From an uncultured Candidatus Rokubacteria bacterium (lineage in GTDB: Bacteria; Methylomirabilota; Methylomirabilia; Rokubacteriales; CSP1-6), in NCBI GenBank assembly GCA_963754315.1, contig CAVWFS010000007.1:800001-864000 (forward strand): a stretch of 64,000 bases of DNA, read 5' to 3'. Positions 29,690 to 40,026 of the stretch are shown one piece after another. A program made the position numbers and the translations under genes. Below the pieces are notes generated by a model. The model saw only the letters and a program-made list of their open reading frames with translations, ran no database searches and was not told the origin of the DNA. The number at the start of each line of letters is the position of its first letter. Position 1 is the first letter of the stretch.

Positions 29690-29792
29690 GCCTGGTGGGC
29701 TCGCACCCGCGGCGCGACTCCTAGGCAAGCGCCGGTTCGCGCGTTAGAGTGTTCGAGCGTCCGAAGCCGTCGCTGCTAAGGGAGGCGATCGA

Positions 29793-30969
29793 ATGTCGAA
29801 TGCGAGCCCGACCGCCCTGCTGCTGAATGCGGGGCACGCCCTCGATCATCTGTTCTTGCTGGTCTTCGCCACGGCGGTGGCCGCCATCGCCGCCGACTGG
29901 GGCATGCTCTGGCAGGATCTCATGCCGTATACCCTCGGTGCGTTCGTCATGTTCGGGATCGGGTCGCTCCCGGCAGGCCGGCTCGGTGATTTCTGGGGTC
30001 GGCGCGCGATGATGATCGTGTTCTTCCTCGGTATGGGGCTGACCGCTCTGTTGATAGCCGTCACGCAGACCGTGTGGCAGCTGGCGGGAGCGCTGACGTT
30101 GATGGGTGTCTTCTCCTCCATCTATCACCCGGTCGGCATCCCGATGATCGTCCAGCACTCGCGGAATCCCGGCTTTACCATCGGACTGAACGGGCTCGCA
30201 GGCAATCTCGGGATTGCGGGGGCAGCCATCCTCACGGGCTTCCTGGTCCAGGTCTCGGGCTGGCGCCTGGCCTTCGTGGTGCCCGGTCTGATCGCGCTGG
30301 TGTGTGGCGCCCTGTTCGCCATCCTTGTGCCACGAGAGGAATCGCCTCCGGCCAAGCGGCCGCCCCGCATGCTGGACATGCCGCGGGCACGTGATGATGC
30401 GTGCCTTCGTGGTGATGACCTTAGCCGCGATCTCGGGCAGCCTCATCTTCAACTTCACCACCAACGGCAACGGCCAGCTCCTGACGGAGCGTCTCGCTGG
30501 TGTGGTGGATGATCCGGCCAAGGTCGGCGTGCTGCTGGCCGTCGTCTACACCGTGGCCTCGTTCGCGCAGCTCGTGGTGGGAAAGCTCATCGACCGCTTC
30601 CCTCTCAAATGGGTGTACCTGCCGGTCGTGGCCGGCCAGGTGCCGCTCTTTCTGCTTGCGGCTCATGCCGAAGGCTGGGCCCTCTATGCGGTGGCGCTGG
30701 CGTTCATGGTGTTCGTGTTCGGGGCCATCCCGTTCATCGACGCCCTCATCGTCCGTTACGTGGACGACCGGATGCGCTCGCGCGTGACAGGGGTTCGCCT
30801 TGCCATCTCCTTCGGCGCCAGCTCGATAGCCGTCTATCTGCTGGGGCCGACAGTCAAGGCCGGAGGCTTCTCCACCCTGCTCCTCACCATGGCTGCCATC
30901 TCGGCCTGCACCACCCTGTTCGTCGTGTGGCTGCCCTCGGCTACGTCGGCTACCTCCGGCCGAGCATGA
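29793..30969 (+). CDS. MFS transporter, one frameshift near 30390
   Basis: ORF 29793-30512 (GHALDH, GRLGDFWGRR, IYHPVG) and ORF 30304-30969 form the two halves. Confidence 0.82.
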
Positions 30970-31035
30970 GTCGCGGGCAGCAGCACCCGCGCGAGCCTGA
31001 GCACTGCGTCGGCCCACACGTCGAGGAGAACGCCG

Positions 31036-31667
31036 ATGAAGTTCGGGGTCTTCATGGAGTTCGAAACCAAGGGTGCAGGCGGCCCGGCCCTCGCCTTCCA
31101 GCAGGGCTTCCACCTGGTGGACCTCGCCGAAGCCTGGGGACTGGACTGCGCGTGGCTTGGGGAGATGCACTTCTCCCCGGCGCGGTCCGTGTTGTCGGCA
31201 CCGGTGGCTGGAGATATCGATGATCTAAGGATTCACCTCGGTCGTACCGTCAAGCGTGGCGGCAGGCCGGTCATCCGGGCCACGGAGACGTCTGCCTCCG
31301 TATTCCGATCTACGCGGGGCCCACGGCCAAGGCCGCCCTGGAGGAGCCCTGCGAGAGTATCTCCTTCTATTTCAATCGCCAGGCCGATCTGGAGCGGGGG
31401 GGCGTGGGGCGTGCCGGCGCCGCGCCCGCTGAGCGCCTGCAAGCGCGCGTCGACACCCTGGCCGGACTCTCCTACGAGGAGATCCTCCGCAAGCGCGTGG
31501 CCTTCGGCACCGCCCCCGCGTTGATCGATCGTCTCGGCCAGCTCCGGGAAGAGCTTGGCCTGAGCGGTATCGCGGCCGAGCTGAACGCGGGCGGTCTTCT
31601 TTCTCCGGATCGAATCGAGCGCACCCTGCGCATCCTCACGCACGAGGTGATGCCGGCCTTCAAGTAG
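31036..31667 (+). pseudogene. LLM oxidoreductase remnant with internal deletion and frameshifts
   Basis: MKFGVF..WLGEMHFS..LSAPV jumps to C-terminal YRQAWRQAGHPG..FGT..THEVMPAFK; the central region is absent. Confidence 0.75.
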
Positions 31668-31688
31668 CGCTGGCAGACCCGATGCCGT

Positions 31689-32474
31689 TCAGACGACGGC
31701 GGCGGCGCCTCCGTCGAAGTTGACCGATGCCCCCGTGATGAACCGTGCGCGCTCGGAGACCAGGAAAGCCGCGAGATCCGCGAACTCCTCCGCCTCGCCG
31801 ATACGGCCGACGGGGACCCGTCGCTGCTTCGCCATCTCGGCGTAGAAGGCCTCGAGGTCTCCACCTTTGAAGCGACGGGTCCACTGGGCACTCTTGACGA
31901 CGCCGAGACAGATGGTGTTCACACGGATGCCGTCAGCCGCGTATTCGTTGGCGAGCGACTTGGTCAGGTTGATCCCGGCCGCCCGCGTCACGGACGTCGG
32001 CAGCGCCTTGGCCGCTGGCGCCTTGCCGCCGATGGTGGTGATGTTGAGGATAGCGCCACCCCCACGCGCCTTCATCGACGGGATCACGAGTCTCGACAGG
32101 CGGATAGCGGCCATGACCTTCAGGTCCCAGTCGTACTGCCACATCTCGTCGGTGACCGTCTCCAGCGCGCCAGCCGACGACGTTCCCGCATTGTTGACGA
32201 GAACGTCAATGCCCCCGAACCGCTGACTCGCGGCCTTCACGAGCGCCTCGAGCTCGACCGGCTTGGTCACGTCCGTCGGCCGAGCGATGATCTCCGCACC
32301 GGTCGCCTTCTCGATGGCCCGTGCCGCCGATTCCAGCACGTCCGGCCGCCGCGCGGCCATGGCCACCTTGGCCCCGCACAGCGCGAAGCGCTCAGCCGCC
32401 GCGCGACCCAGCCCATCGCTCGCCCCCGTCACGATCGCAACTTTGCCCTTCAGTCCGAGTTCTAGGGTGTCCAT
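31689..32474 (-). CDS. Short-chain dehydrogenase/reductase
   Basis: VAIVTGASDGLG, LVNNAG, GIRVNTI, FDGG. Confidence 0.92.
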   Translation of the reverse strand: MDTLELGLKGKVAIVTGASDGLGRAAAERFALCGAKVAMAARRPDVLESAARAIEKATGAEIIARPTDVTKPVELEALVKAASQRFGGIDVLVNNAGTSSAGALETVTDEMWQYDWDLKVMAAIRLSRLVIPSMKARGGGAILNITTIGGKAPAAKALPTSVTRAAGINLTKSLANEYAADGIRVNTICLGVVKSAQWTRRFKGGDLEAFYAEMAKQRRVPVGRIGEAEEFADLAAFLVSERARFITGASVNFDGGAAAVV

Positions 32475-32603
32475 GGTCGGCAACGATATCATGCCGGCTC
32501 CGCCCATCCCAGACGGTCCCGAGGCTCTGCGTGATGGAAGAATCTACTGTGAAGAGCGCGAAGAACTTGCTCTGCCGGCGGCCTATCGGCCGCTGGCCGG
32601 CGA

Positions 32604-32620
32604 TGGCATGACCCTTGCCA
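32604..32620 (+). promoter_or_regulatory. Sigma54-type promoter upstream of the PBP gene
   Basis: TGGCATG-ACCC-TTGCCA (GG-N10-GC). Confidence 0.6.
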
Positions 32621-32633
32621 ATAAGCTCTCAGG

Positions 32634-34955
32634 ATGTCCCAACCAGACACCCCGAAGCCGTGGCGTCTCAGACGGGCACCGGCCTTGGCGGTGGCGACGG
32701 CCGCGCTGGTCCTGGTCGTCGTGGGCATCTACTCCTGGGTCGAGCTAGCCCGCTTCGCGCGCGCCGAGCAGCGACGCACCACCTTCGTCTTTGCGGCCGG
32801 ACAGCACCTCGCCCCGGGTGTCCACGTCAGGCTGGTCGATCTCTCCGGGACTCTCGCGCGCCTGGGCTACACGGAGACACGCACCGCGCCAGCGTCCCCG
32901 GGCCAGTTCCGGCGCACGGCCACCGGCTGGGACCTCGTCCTGCGCGGTCAGGAAACGGATAGTGCTCTGCGCGGTACCCGCGTCCGCGTCGACGTCGATA
33001 ACGACCGCATCACCAGGGTGACGCATGGCCAGTACGTCGGGCCGGTCACACTCGAAGCCGAAGTGCTGACGGGCGGTGACGATCGGGCTGGAGAGGACTA
33101 CCGCCCTCTGAGGCTCGCGGACACCCCGCCCCTGCTCATCGACGCAGTGCTGGCGGCCGAGGATCATCGATTCTTCGAGCACGGCGCCCTCGACGGGCGG
33201 GGGATGGTCCGCGCAGCCTGGGCCAACCTGCGCGAGGGCCGAACCGTGCAAGGCGGGAGCACGATCACTCAGCAACTCGTCAAGAACCGGCTTCTCACCC
33301 CGAGGCGAAGCGTGCCGCGAAAACTGCAAGAGGCCTGGCTCGCCATCCTGGTCGAGGCCCGCTATTCCAAGAAGCAGATCCTGGAATCGTACCTGAACGA
33401 GATTTACCTCGGCCAGCGTGGGGCGCTCGCCATCCGCGGCGTGAGCGCAGCCGCCCGCGCCTACTTCGACAAGGAGGTCCACCAGCTCAACGCGGCCGAA
33501 GCGGCGCTGCTGGCGGGTATGATCCGAGCGCCGAACACGCATTCGCCCTCGCTCAACCCCGAGCGCGCGCGCAAGCGGCGCGATGCCGTCCTGGCTCGCA
33601 TGCGCGAGCTCGGGCGGCTGGCTCCCGCCGCGTACGATCAGGCGCGCCATACGCCCTTGCGTGTGCTGGCGAAACCTGCGCCTGGGCAGCCGGCGCCGTA
33701 CTTCGCGGACTACGTACGTCTCGAGCTGGAGCACCGGTTCGGCGACGAGGCGAAGCTCGGCCAGCAGAACTTGCGCGTCTACACGACTCTCGATCTGGCC
33801 CTGCAGCGCTTCGCCGAGAACGCGCTTGCCCGAGGGCTCGATCGTCTGGAGACCGGACTACCCCGGCTCCGGAGGCAGGATCCTCAGGCGCGGCTTCAAG
33901 CAGCGCTCATCGCCCTCGATCCGGCCACCGGAGAGATTCGAGCTCTGGTGGGCGGACGTGACTATCAGGTCAGCCAGTTCAACCGCGCTGTCATGGCACG
34001 CCGGCAACCTGGCTCTGCCTTCAAGCCCTTCGTGTATGCGGCAGCGTTGGCGTCTCGCCGGGGCCGCCCGCTGTACACGGCCGCTTCGATGGTTGACGAT
34101 TCTCCCGTGACCGTCACCGTCGGGGGCAAGCGGTGGTCGCCACGCAACTACGAAAGCCGCTACGAGGGCTCCGTCACCGTGCGCCGTGCCCTGGAGCGAT
34201 CGCTCAACAGTGCTACCGTGCGCATCGCGCAGGCGGTTGGTCCGGCAGCCGTCGTCGAGACGGCTCGCTCGTTCGGGTTCGGGGACAATCTGACGGCGGC
34301 GCCAGCGGTCGCGCTCGGAGTGTTCGAAGTGACGCCCTTCGAGCTGGCGGGCGCTTACCTGCCCCTTGCCAACGCCGGCATCCGCCCGGGCCTGCCCGGC
34401 ACCGTGCGAGCGGTCTTTCAAGGCGACGGCACCGTGATCCCGTCCGCCAGTGAGTCACCAACTCGGGTGGTGACACCGGCCGAAGCCTATCTCCTCACCG
34501 CCTTGCTTCAGGGCGCAGTCCGTTCCGGAACGGGCGCCGTCGCCGCCGCATTCGCCGTTCCCGGTGAGATCGCCGGCAAGACGGGCACGACCAACGAAGG
34601 ACGTGACGCGTGGTTCGTCGGCTACTCCTCCCGGCTCCTCACGGTCGTCTGGGTGGGATTCGACGACGGCCAGCCTCATCAGCTAACCGGCGCTCAGGCC
34701 GCGCTCCCCATCTGGGCAGACTTCATGCGGCAGGCGCTGGCCGCATATCCCGCCCCTTCCTTCGTCGCACCCGAAGGCGTGACGTTGATCGACATCGACT
34801 CGACCAATGGCAAGCGGGCCAACGAGTACTGCCCGCTCGTGACACGGGAGGTGTTTCTGGCGGGGACGGAGCCGGGGGCGTGCGGGGAACATGCACGACC
34901 GGAGCCCCCGATCGTGGGCTGGTGGCAAGAGTTTCGCTCCTGGTTCGGACGCTGA
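32634..34955 (+). CDS. mrcB: Class A penicillin-binding protein (PBP1B-like)
   Basis: TM anchor, UB2H-like region, EDHRFFEH, GGSTITQQLVKN, SAFK, SLN, KTGT. Confidence 0.88.
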   Translation: MSQPDTPKPWRLRRAPALAVATAALVLVVVGIYSWVELARFARAEQRRTTFVFAAGQHLAPGVHVRLVDLSGTLARLGYTETRTAPASPGQFRRTATGWDLVLRGQETDSALRGTRVRVDVDNDRITRVTHGQYVGPVTLEAEVLTGGDDRAGEDYRPLRLADTPPLLIDAVLAAEDHRFFEHGALDGRGMVRAAWANLREGRTVQGGSTITQQLVKNRLLTPRRSVPRKLQEAWLAILVEARYSKKQILESYLNEIYLGQRGALAIRGVSAAARAYFDKEVHQLNAAEAALLAGMIRAPNTHSPSLNPERARKRRDAVLARMRELGRLAPAAYDQARHTPLRVLAKPAPGQPAPYFADYVRLELEHRFGDEAKLGQQNLRVYTTLDLALQRFAENALARGLDRLETGLPRLRRQDPQARLQAALIALDPATGEIRALVGGRDYQVSQFNRAVMARRQPGSAFKPFVYAAALASRRGRPLYTAASMVDDSPVTVTVGGKRWSPRNYESRYEGSVTVRRALERSLNSATVRIAQAVGPAAVVETARSFGFGDNLTAAPAVALGVFEVTPFELAGAYLPLANAGIRPGLPGTVRAVFQGDGTVIPSASESPTRVVTPAEAYLLTALLQGAVRSGTGAVAAAFAVPGEIAGKTGTTNEGRDAWFVGYSSRLLTVVWVGFDDGQPHQLTGAQAALPIWADFMRQALAAYPAPSFVAPEGVTLIDIDSTNGKRANEYCPLVTREVFLAGTEPGACGEHARPEPPIVGWWQEFRSWFGR

Positions 34956-35338
34956 TGCTGGCTGCCGTCTTGGCTGGCTGCGCCACGTCCGGGCGAGCCG
35001 TCGGATCGCGCACCTCGCCAGAGCGCGTGGGCCCGATCCAGACGGGATACGCGTCGTGGTATGGCAAGCCGCACCACGGTCGGCGCACGGCCAGCGGAGA
35101 GATCTACGACATGAACCAGCTCACGGCCGCTCATCCCTCCCTGTCCTTGGGCACGCGCGTGCTCGTCACCAATCTCAAGAACGGTCGCTCCGTGAGGGTG
35201 CGCGTCAACGACCGTGGGCCTACCGTCCCCGGCCGGATCCTCGATCTGTCGCATGCGGCGGCCAATGAGTTGGGGGCGGTCGGCGATGGCGTGATTCCCG
35301 TCAGGATCCGTGTGCTGAGCATACCGTCGCCTGACTAG
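34922..35338 (+). CDS. rlpA: RlpA-family lytic transglycosylase lipoprotein
   Basis: LAGC lipobox, ASWYG, TASGE, TAAH, VNDRGP, ILDLS. Start is 34922 (GTG) or 34955. Confidence 0.9.
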   Translation: MARVSLLVRTLMLAAVLAGCATSGRAVGSRTSPERVGPIQTGYASWYGKPHHGRRTASGEIYDMNQLTAAHPSLSLGTRVLVTNLKNGRSVRVRVNDRGPTVPGRILDLSHAAANELGAVGDGVIPVRIRVLSIPSPD

Positions 35339-35964
35339 CGCGTGCCTAGGCCGGTGATCAGATACGTGCGTGGGTTGCGCGGGCGGCCGTTCACCAGAAC
35401 CTCGTAGTGAAGATGTGGTCCAGTGGCGTAGCCCGTGTTGCCGGTAGAGCCGATCGTGCTCCCCGGCTTGATCACCTGGCCTCGACTGACCCTGACCTTC
35501 GAGAGATGCGCATACAGGGTGTGAACGCGATGGCCATGGTCGATCACGATCGTTCTACCGTACCCGCTTCGCCAGCCCGCAAACACGACCTTCCCGGTTG
35601 GCGCCCGCACCGCCGTCCCATGGGGCGCACCGATGTCGATGCCACTATGGACGCGGTGCCGCCACCAGGAACGGCGGCGCGATCCGAAGTCGGAATTGAT
35701 TGGACCGCGAACCGGCCAGGGAGACCGGAACCTGTCCGCGGTACTCACGGCAGGCGGCCTCGTGCGGTCCGCACGTGGCTTGACCGTGCGAGCCGCGGCT
35801 TTGGGGCGGTGCACCGCCCCGGGGCTGACCTCACGCGCGAGGCCGCGCCGGGGACTAGCGTTGTTCTGACGGGTCAGCGCATCGAGAGGCGTCACGCTGA
35901 TGATCAGGGTCAGTAGCCCGAGCAGTGCTGGCCGCCAACTCCCGCAGGGTCTCAGCATCCGCAT
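35335..35964 (-). CDS. M23-family peptidase
   Basis: HSGIDI, GYG, LYAHLS, GNTG..TGPHLHYEV; signal-like N-terminus. Confidence 0.9.
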   Translation of the reverse strand: MRMLRPCGSWRPALLGLLTLIISVTPLDALTRQNNASPRRGLAREVSPGAVHRPKAAARTVKPRADRTRPPAVSTADRFRSPWPVRGPINSDFGSRRRSWWRHRVHSGIDIGAPHGTAVRAPTGKVVFAGWRSGYGRTIVIDHGHRVHTLYAHLSKVRVSRGQVIKPGSTIGSTGNTGYATGPHLHYEVLVNGRPRNPRTYLITGLGTR

Positions 35965-35999
35965 GCTCCATCCCGGACGTGGAATCTGCCGCCATAGCC

Positions 36000-36018
36000 G
36001 TGGCAAGACGCTTGCCAC
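36000..36018. promoter_or_regulatory. Palindromic sigma54-type promoter
   Basis: GTGGCAAG-ACG-CTTGCCAC reads as GG-N10-GC on both strands. Confidence 0.6.
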
Positions 36019-36127
36019 AAAGCCTTTGGAGTTGACCGCCGGGGACGAGGCGAGAAGATTCTGCGCTCCTTTGTAGAACTTTCCATGCAGACGGGAGTCG
36101 GATTTCCTCTAGAAGCTGAGAATTCCT

Positions 36128-36143
36128 GGGCCCGCATCTTGCT
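36128..36143 (+). promoter_or_regulatory. Sigma54-type promoter upstream of the OmpA-family gene
   Basis: GGGCCCG-CATC-TTGCT (GG-N10-GC). Confidence 0.5.
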
Positions 36144-36193
36144 CGCCCCAGATGACAGGTCGCAAACCCATCACGCCGAAAAAGGAGGCAAGC

Positions 36194-36901
36194 ATGCATC
36201 ACCTCGTCTGGGTTGCGGGCATCGTTCTGATCATGACAGGGTGTGCCACCAAGGACTTTGTGAACGAAACCATCAGCAAGCAGAGAACAGAGGTTGATCA
36301 GCGCATCGACAAGGTCGAAGGTCAGGTAGGCGAGAGCTCGCAGCGTCTTGGTTCCGTGGAGGGCAAGGTGACCGACCAGGGTCAGCGCGTCGAAGCAGTG
36401 GGTTCCCGCGTCGGCGCGGTCGAGACCTCCGTCGGACAGGCCGCGACCGCGGCCAGGGACGCCCAGGAGCGTGCCAACGGCGCGATGGCACGCGCGGACA
36501 GTGCCACGGCGCGGGCCGATGAAGTGGATGGCCGCCTGACTCGACTCTGGAGCGAGCGGAACGCTCGCAATGTGGTCGAGACATCCGAGGTTCGGTTTCG
36601 CTCCGGCAGGGCCGACCTCAATGACGGGGCCCAGACAGCCCTCATCAGCCTCGTGAGAGAGATGAAGGAGAACCCGTTGCTCGTGGTCGAGCTCGAAGGC
36701 TATACGGACACCTCCGGCTCACTCGAATCCAACGTCGCGCTGAGCCAGCGACGAGTCGAAGCCGTCCGTCGCTTCCTCGTTCAGCAGGGGGTGGACCAGA
36801 CCCGGATTCACGCCATTGGCCTGGGTCCCATCACGGATCGCAGCATGCCCCCGGACCAGAAACGGCGCGTGGCCGTGAAGGTCCTCGCGCTGGCAGGTTA
36901 G
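36194..36901 (+). CDS. OmpA-family lipoprotein with coiled coil
   Basis: AAGGAGG RBS, MTGC lipobox, EGYTDTSG..NVALSQRRVEAVRRFL. Confidence 0.9.
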   Translation: MHHLVWVAGIVLIMTGCATKDFVNETISKQRTEVDQRIDKVEGQVGESSQRLGSVEGKVTDQGQRVEAVGSRVGAVETSVGQAATAARDAQERANGAMARADSATARADEVDGRLTRLWSERNARNVVETSEVRFRSGRADLNDGAQTALISLVREMKENPLLVVELEGYTDTSGSLESNVALSQRRVEAVRRFLVQQGVDQTRIHAIGLGPITDRSMPPDQKRRVAVKVLALAG

Positions 36902-37034
36902 TCGAAGTCGGGGACGGGCCCCCAACCAGTTCCCGCTGGGAGCCCGTCCGCGTCCAACACGGAACCAGGTGTTGCCCACGGGCACCTGGTTCGTGGGCCT
37001 ACGCGACTACACCCGCTCGCGCTACCATGGCTAC

Positions 37035-38354
37035 ATGCTCCCCGAGCGGCTCACCATTCAGCCGATCGTCCGCTTCCACGGCACGCTCTCCTTGCCCGGT
37101 TCGAAGAGCCTCTCGAACCGCCTTCTGCTCCTGAGCGCCCTGGCCGACGGGGAGACCGAGGTGACGCGCGTACTGGACAGCGAAGATACGGACGTGATGC
37201 TCGGGGCACTGCGCGCGCTCGGGGTCCGGATGCGCGGTGAGCCTGGCGGACACAGCACCGTCTGGATCACCGGAAGGTCCGGCCCCCTGCACGCCCCGTC
37301 CGGTCACGCGGCGTCGGTTGAGCTGTTCCTCGGCAACGCAGGGACGGCCATGCGCCCGCTCACCGCGGTGCTCGCGGCCAGCCATGGAACCTTCGTGCTC
37401 ACGGGCGTGCCGCGCATGCACGAGCGCCCACTCGGCGACCTGGTCGATGGTCTGCGACAGTTGGGCGCCACCGTGCAGTACCTCGGACGCGACGGCTATC
37501 CGCCCCTGTGCATCACGGCCGCGGGTTTGGCCGGCGGGACCGCGCGCATCAGCGGGGCCACCAGTAGCCAGTTCGTCTCTGCGCTCCTGATGGCCGCTCC
37601 CCTCGCCCACACTCCGGTCACCATCGAGATCATCGACACCTTGGTGTCGGGCCCCTACGTGGCCATGACCATTGCGCTCATGAGGCGCTACGGCGTGGAC
37701 GTTTCACAGCCAACGCCACGGCGCTTCGAGGTGGCCGCGCCCCAGCGCTATCGCTCGCCCGGCCGTGTGCTCGTGGAGGGAGACGCGTCATCCGCGTCGT
37801 ACTTCCTGGCGGGCGCTGCGATCACGGGCGGCACGGTACGGGTCGAAGGATGTGGCTCCGACAGCCTGCAGGGCGACGCGCGCTTCGGCGAGGTACTCGA
37901 ACGCATGGGCGCGCGGGTGCGCTTCGAGCCAGCCGCCATCGAGGTAGAGGGTCGGCCACCTCTGAGAGGTGTCGACGAGGACCTGACCGCCATACCGGAT
38001 GCCGCGATGACCCTCGCCGTGGTGGCGCTGTTCGCCCGGGGGCCGACGACCCTGCGCGGGATCGGGAACTGGCGCGTGAAGGAAACCGATCGCATGGCAG
38101 CCGTATCTGCCGAGCTGACAAAACTGGGGGCACGGACCGAGGTCGGCACCGACACGCTCGTGGTGCATCCGCCTGCGCGCATCCGACCAGTGTCGGTCGC
38201 CACCTACAACGACCACCGGATGGCGATGGCGTTCTCTCTGGCGGCGTGCGGGGGAGAGCCGATCGTGATCGAGAACCCCGCGTGCGTGGCCAAGACGTTT
38301 CCCGAGTACTTCCGTGAGCTCGAGAAGCTGACCCTGCCCGACCGGAATCGCTGA
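37035..38354 (+). CDS. aroA: EPSP synthase
   Basis: LPGSKSLSNR, GNAGTAMRPL, SSQFVSALL, EGDASSASYF, RVKETDR, DHRMAM, KTFP. Confidence 0.97.
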   Translation: MLPERLTIQPIVRFHGTLSLPGSKSLSNRLLLLSALADGETEVTRVLDSEDTDVMLGALRALGVRMRGEPGGHSTVWITGRSGPLHAPSGHAASVELFLGNAGTAMRPLTAVLAASHGTFVLTGVPRMHERPLGDLVDGLRQLGATVQYLGRDGYPPLCITAAGLAGGTARISGATSSQFVSALLMAAPLAHTPVTIEIIDTLVSGPYVAMTIALMRRYGVDVSQPTPRRFEVAAPQRYRSPGRVLVEGDASSASYFLAGAAITGGTVRVEGCGSDSLQGDARFGEVLERMGARVRFEPAAIEVEGRPPLRGVDEDLTAIPDAAMTLAVVALFARGPTTLRGIGNWRVKETDRMAAVSAELTKLGARTEVGTDTLVVHPPARIRPVSVATYNDHRMAMAFSLAACGGEPIVIENPACVAKTFPEYFRELEKLTLPDRNR

Positions 38355-39389
38355 CTACGGCTGCCTGACCAGTTCCATGAGGCGGGCGAGCGTGGTGAGC
38401 CGCGCGTCCAATGTGGTCCCGGCCGGGTCGACGCGCAGGGTGGTCACTCCCGCGCGGCGATAGAGGGCGATTCGCTCGCTCACCATCTGCTCGGTGCCCA
38501 GCAGGTTGGACTTCAGCGCCAGCTCGTCGGGCACCCGCGCCGCCGCCTCCTCTCGCTTCCCCTCCAGCCATAGTCGCTGGACGGCGTGCCCCGCCTCCTC
38601 GTAGCCCGCGCGCCGAAACGCGTCGTTGTAGAAATTGTGCTCGCGCGAGCCCATGGCGCCGAGCGTGAAGGCCAGACCCGGCTTGCGCGCGGCAACGAGC
38701 CGCTCGACGTCGTCCCCGAACGCCACGGCGCCCCCTGCCTGGAGATCGAGGTGCGCGAAAGAGCGGCCAACCCGCTTGGCTCCCGTCTCGATGTGGTCGA
38801 AGAAGACATCGGCGTGGTCGGGCATGAACGAGGTCCCGAGCCAGCCGTCGGCAACCTCCCCAGTCAGCTCGAGACCCCGAGGGCTCAGGGTGGCCAGGTA
38901 GATCGGGATATCGGGACGGGGCCGAGCCCCCGACCGCAAGGCCTTGCCCTCGCCGCCAGGCCTCGGCAGCTGGTAAACCTGCCCCTGGTAGGTGACGTGC
39001 TCTCCGCGCACCGCACGGCGGACGATCTCGACCGTCTCGCGCATGCGCATCAGCGGTCGGTCGAAGGGGATGCCGTGCCAGCCCTCGATCACTTGCGGGC
39101 CGCTCACTCCGAGTCCCAGCACGAACCGGTCGCCCGACATCGAAGCGAGGCTCATGGCAGTCATGGCCACCAGCGCCGGCGTGCGCGTTCCCGCTTGCAT
39201 GATGCCTGACCCCAAGCGGATACGGGAGGTGCGGGCGGCCATGAACGCTAACGGGGTAGCGGCATCGAGTCCCCACGATTCGTGCGACCAGACGAAATCG
39301 ACCCCGAGCCGTTCCGCCTCGCTGACGTAGTCGCCGGCTTTGGTCCAGTCCTCGTCGGTTTCCAGCCGAAGACCGATGGCGACGCGCAT
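38355..39389 (-). CDS. LLM-class (F420-type) oxidoreductase
   Basis: AERLGVDFVWSHESWG, GLGVSGPQVIEGWHG. Confidence 0.92.
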   Translation of the reverse strand: MRVAIGLRLETDEDWTKAGDYVSEAERLGVDFVWSHESWGLDAATPLAFMAARTSRIRLGSGIMQAGTRTPALVAMTAMSLASMSGDRFVLGLGVSGPQVIEGWHGIPFDRPLMRMRETVEIVRRAVRGEHVTYQGQVYQLPRPGGEGKALRSGARPRPDIPIYLATLSPRGLELTGEVADGWLGTSFMPDHADVFFDHIETGAKRVGRSFAHLDLQAGGAVAFGDDVERLVAARKPGLAFTLGAMGSREHNFYNDAFRRAGYEEAGHAVQRLWLEGKREEAAARVPDELALKSNLLGTEQMVSERIALYRRAGVTTLRVDPAGTTLDARLTTLARLMELVRQP

Positions 39390-39910
39390 CAGGCAGGACG
39401 GCGAGCATCCAGAGCGGTGGCGATCTTCTGGAGCTGTCCGGCGTGGTCGAGGTCGTGCAGCCGCATGAAGAGCAGGGTCTCACGCCAGTTCAGCGGCCCG
39501 AAGAAGGGATGCTCGACCGTGCCCTCGAGGCGACTCTGCGGGTCTGCCCCGCGTACGCGCTCGAAGAGGGTGGCCCGGTCACGCTCGAGAAGGGCCCACC
39601 ACGCGTCCGCGCTCTGGTGGGGCACGTCACGCTCAAGCCGGTCACGCACGCCGCCCCCGGGCAGGCCGTCGAGGAGCCGGACCACGGCATCGCCGAAGTA
39701 CCGTCCGGCCGTCACCACGTGGGCCATCACTTCGTTGGCGCTCCACTCATCGGGCTCGGGGCGCTCATCGAAGCGGGCGGATGGCACTGCGACCAGGGTC
39801 GAGCGAAGCTGATCCATCGCTGCCCGGACCTTGTCGACGATCTCGGTCGGCGCCAGCTTGGCACCCTGTGCGGTGAGGTAACCCCGAATCCTCAGCTGCT
39901 CCTCGGTCAT
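39389..39910 (-). CDS. DinB/YfiT-like superfamily protein
   Basis: WSANEVMAHV, HPFFGPL, HDLDHAGQL. Confidence 0.85.
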   Translation of the reverse strand: MTEEQLRIRGYLTAQGAKLAPTEIVDKVRAAMDQLRSTLVAVPSARFDERPEPDEWSANEVMAHVVTAGRYFGDAVVRLLDGLPGGGVRDRLERDVPHQSADAWWALLERDRATLFERVRGADPQSRLEGTVEHPFFGPLNWRETLLFMRLHDLDHAGQLQKIATALDARRPA

Positions 39911-40026
39911 CCGCTGACCCCCTGTCTTGCAGGCCCATGTCTAGGTCACGACAAGTTTCGTTCCGGGCGGGCCCGGCCGTCAAGCCGCGCCGACGAAGGG
40001 GCCGTCGGTGCGGTACTCTGTGACGG

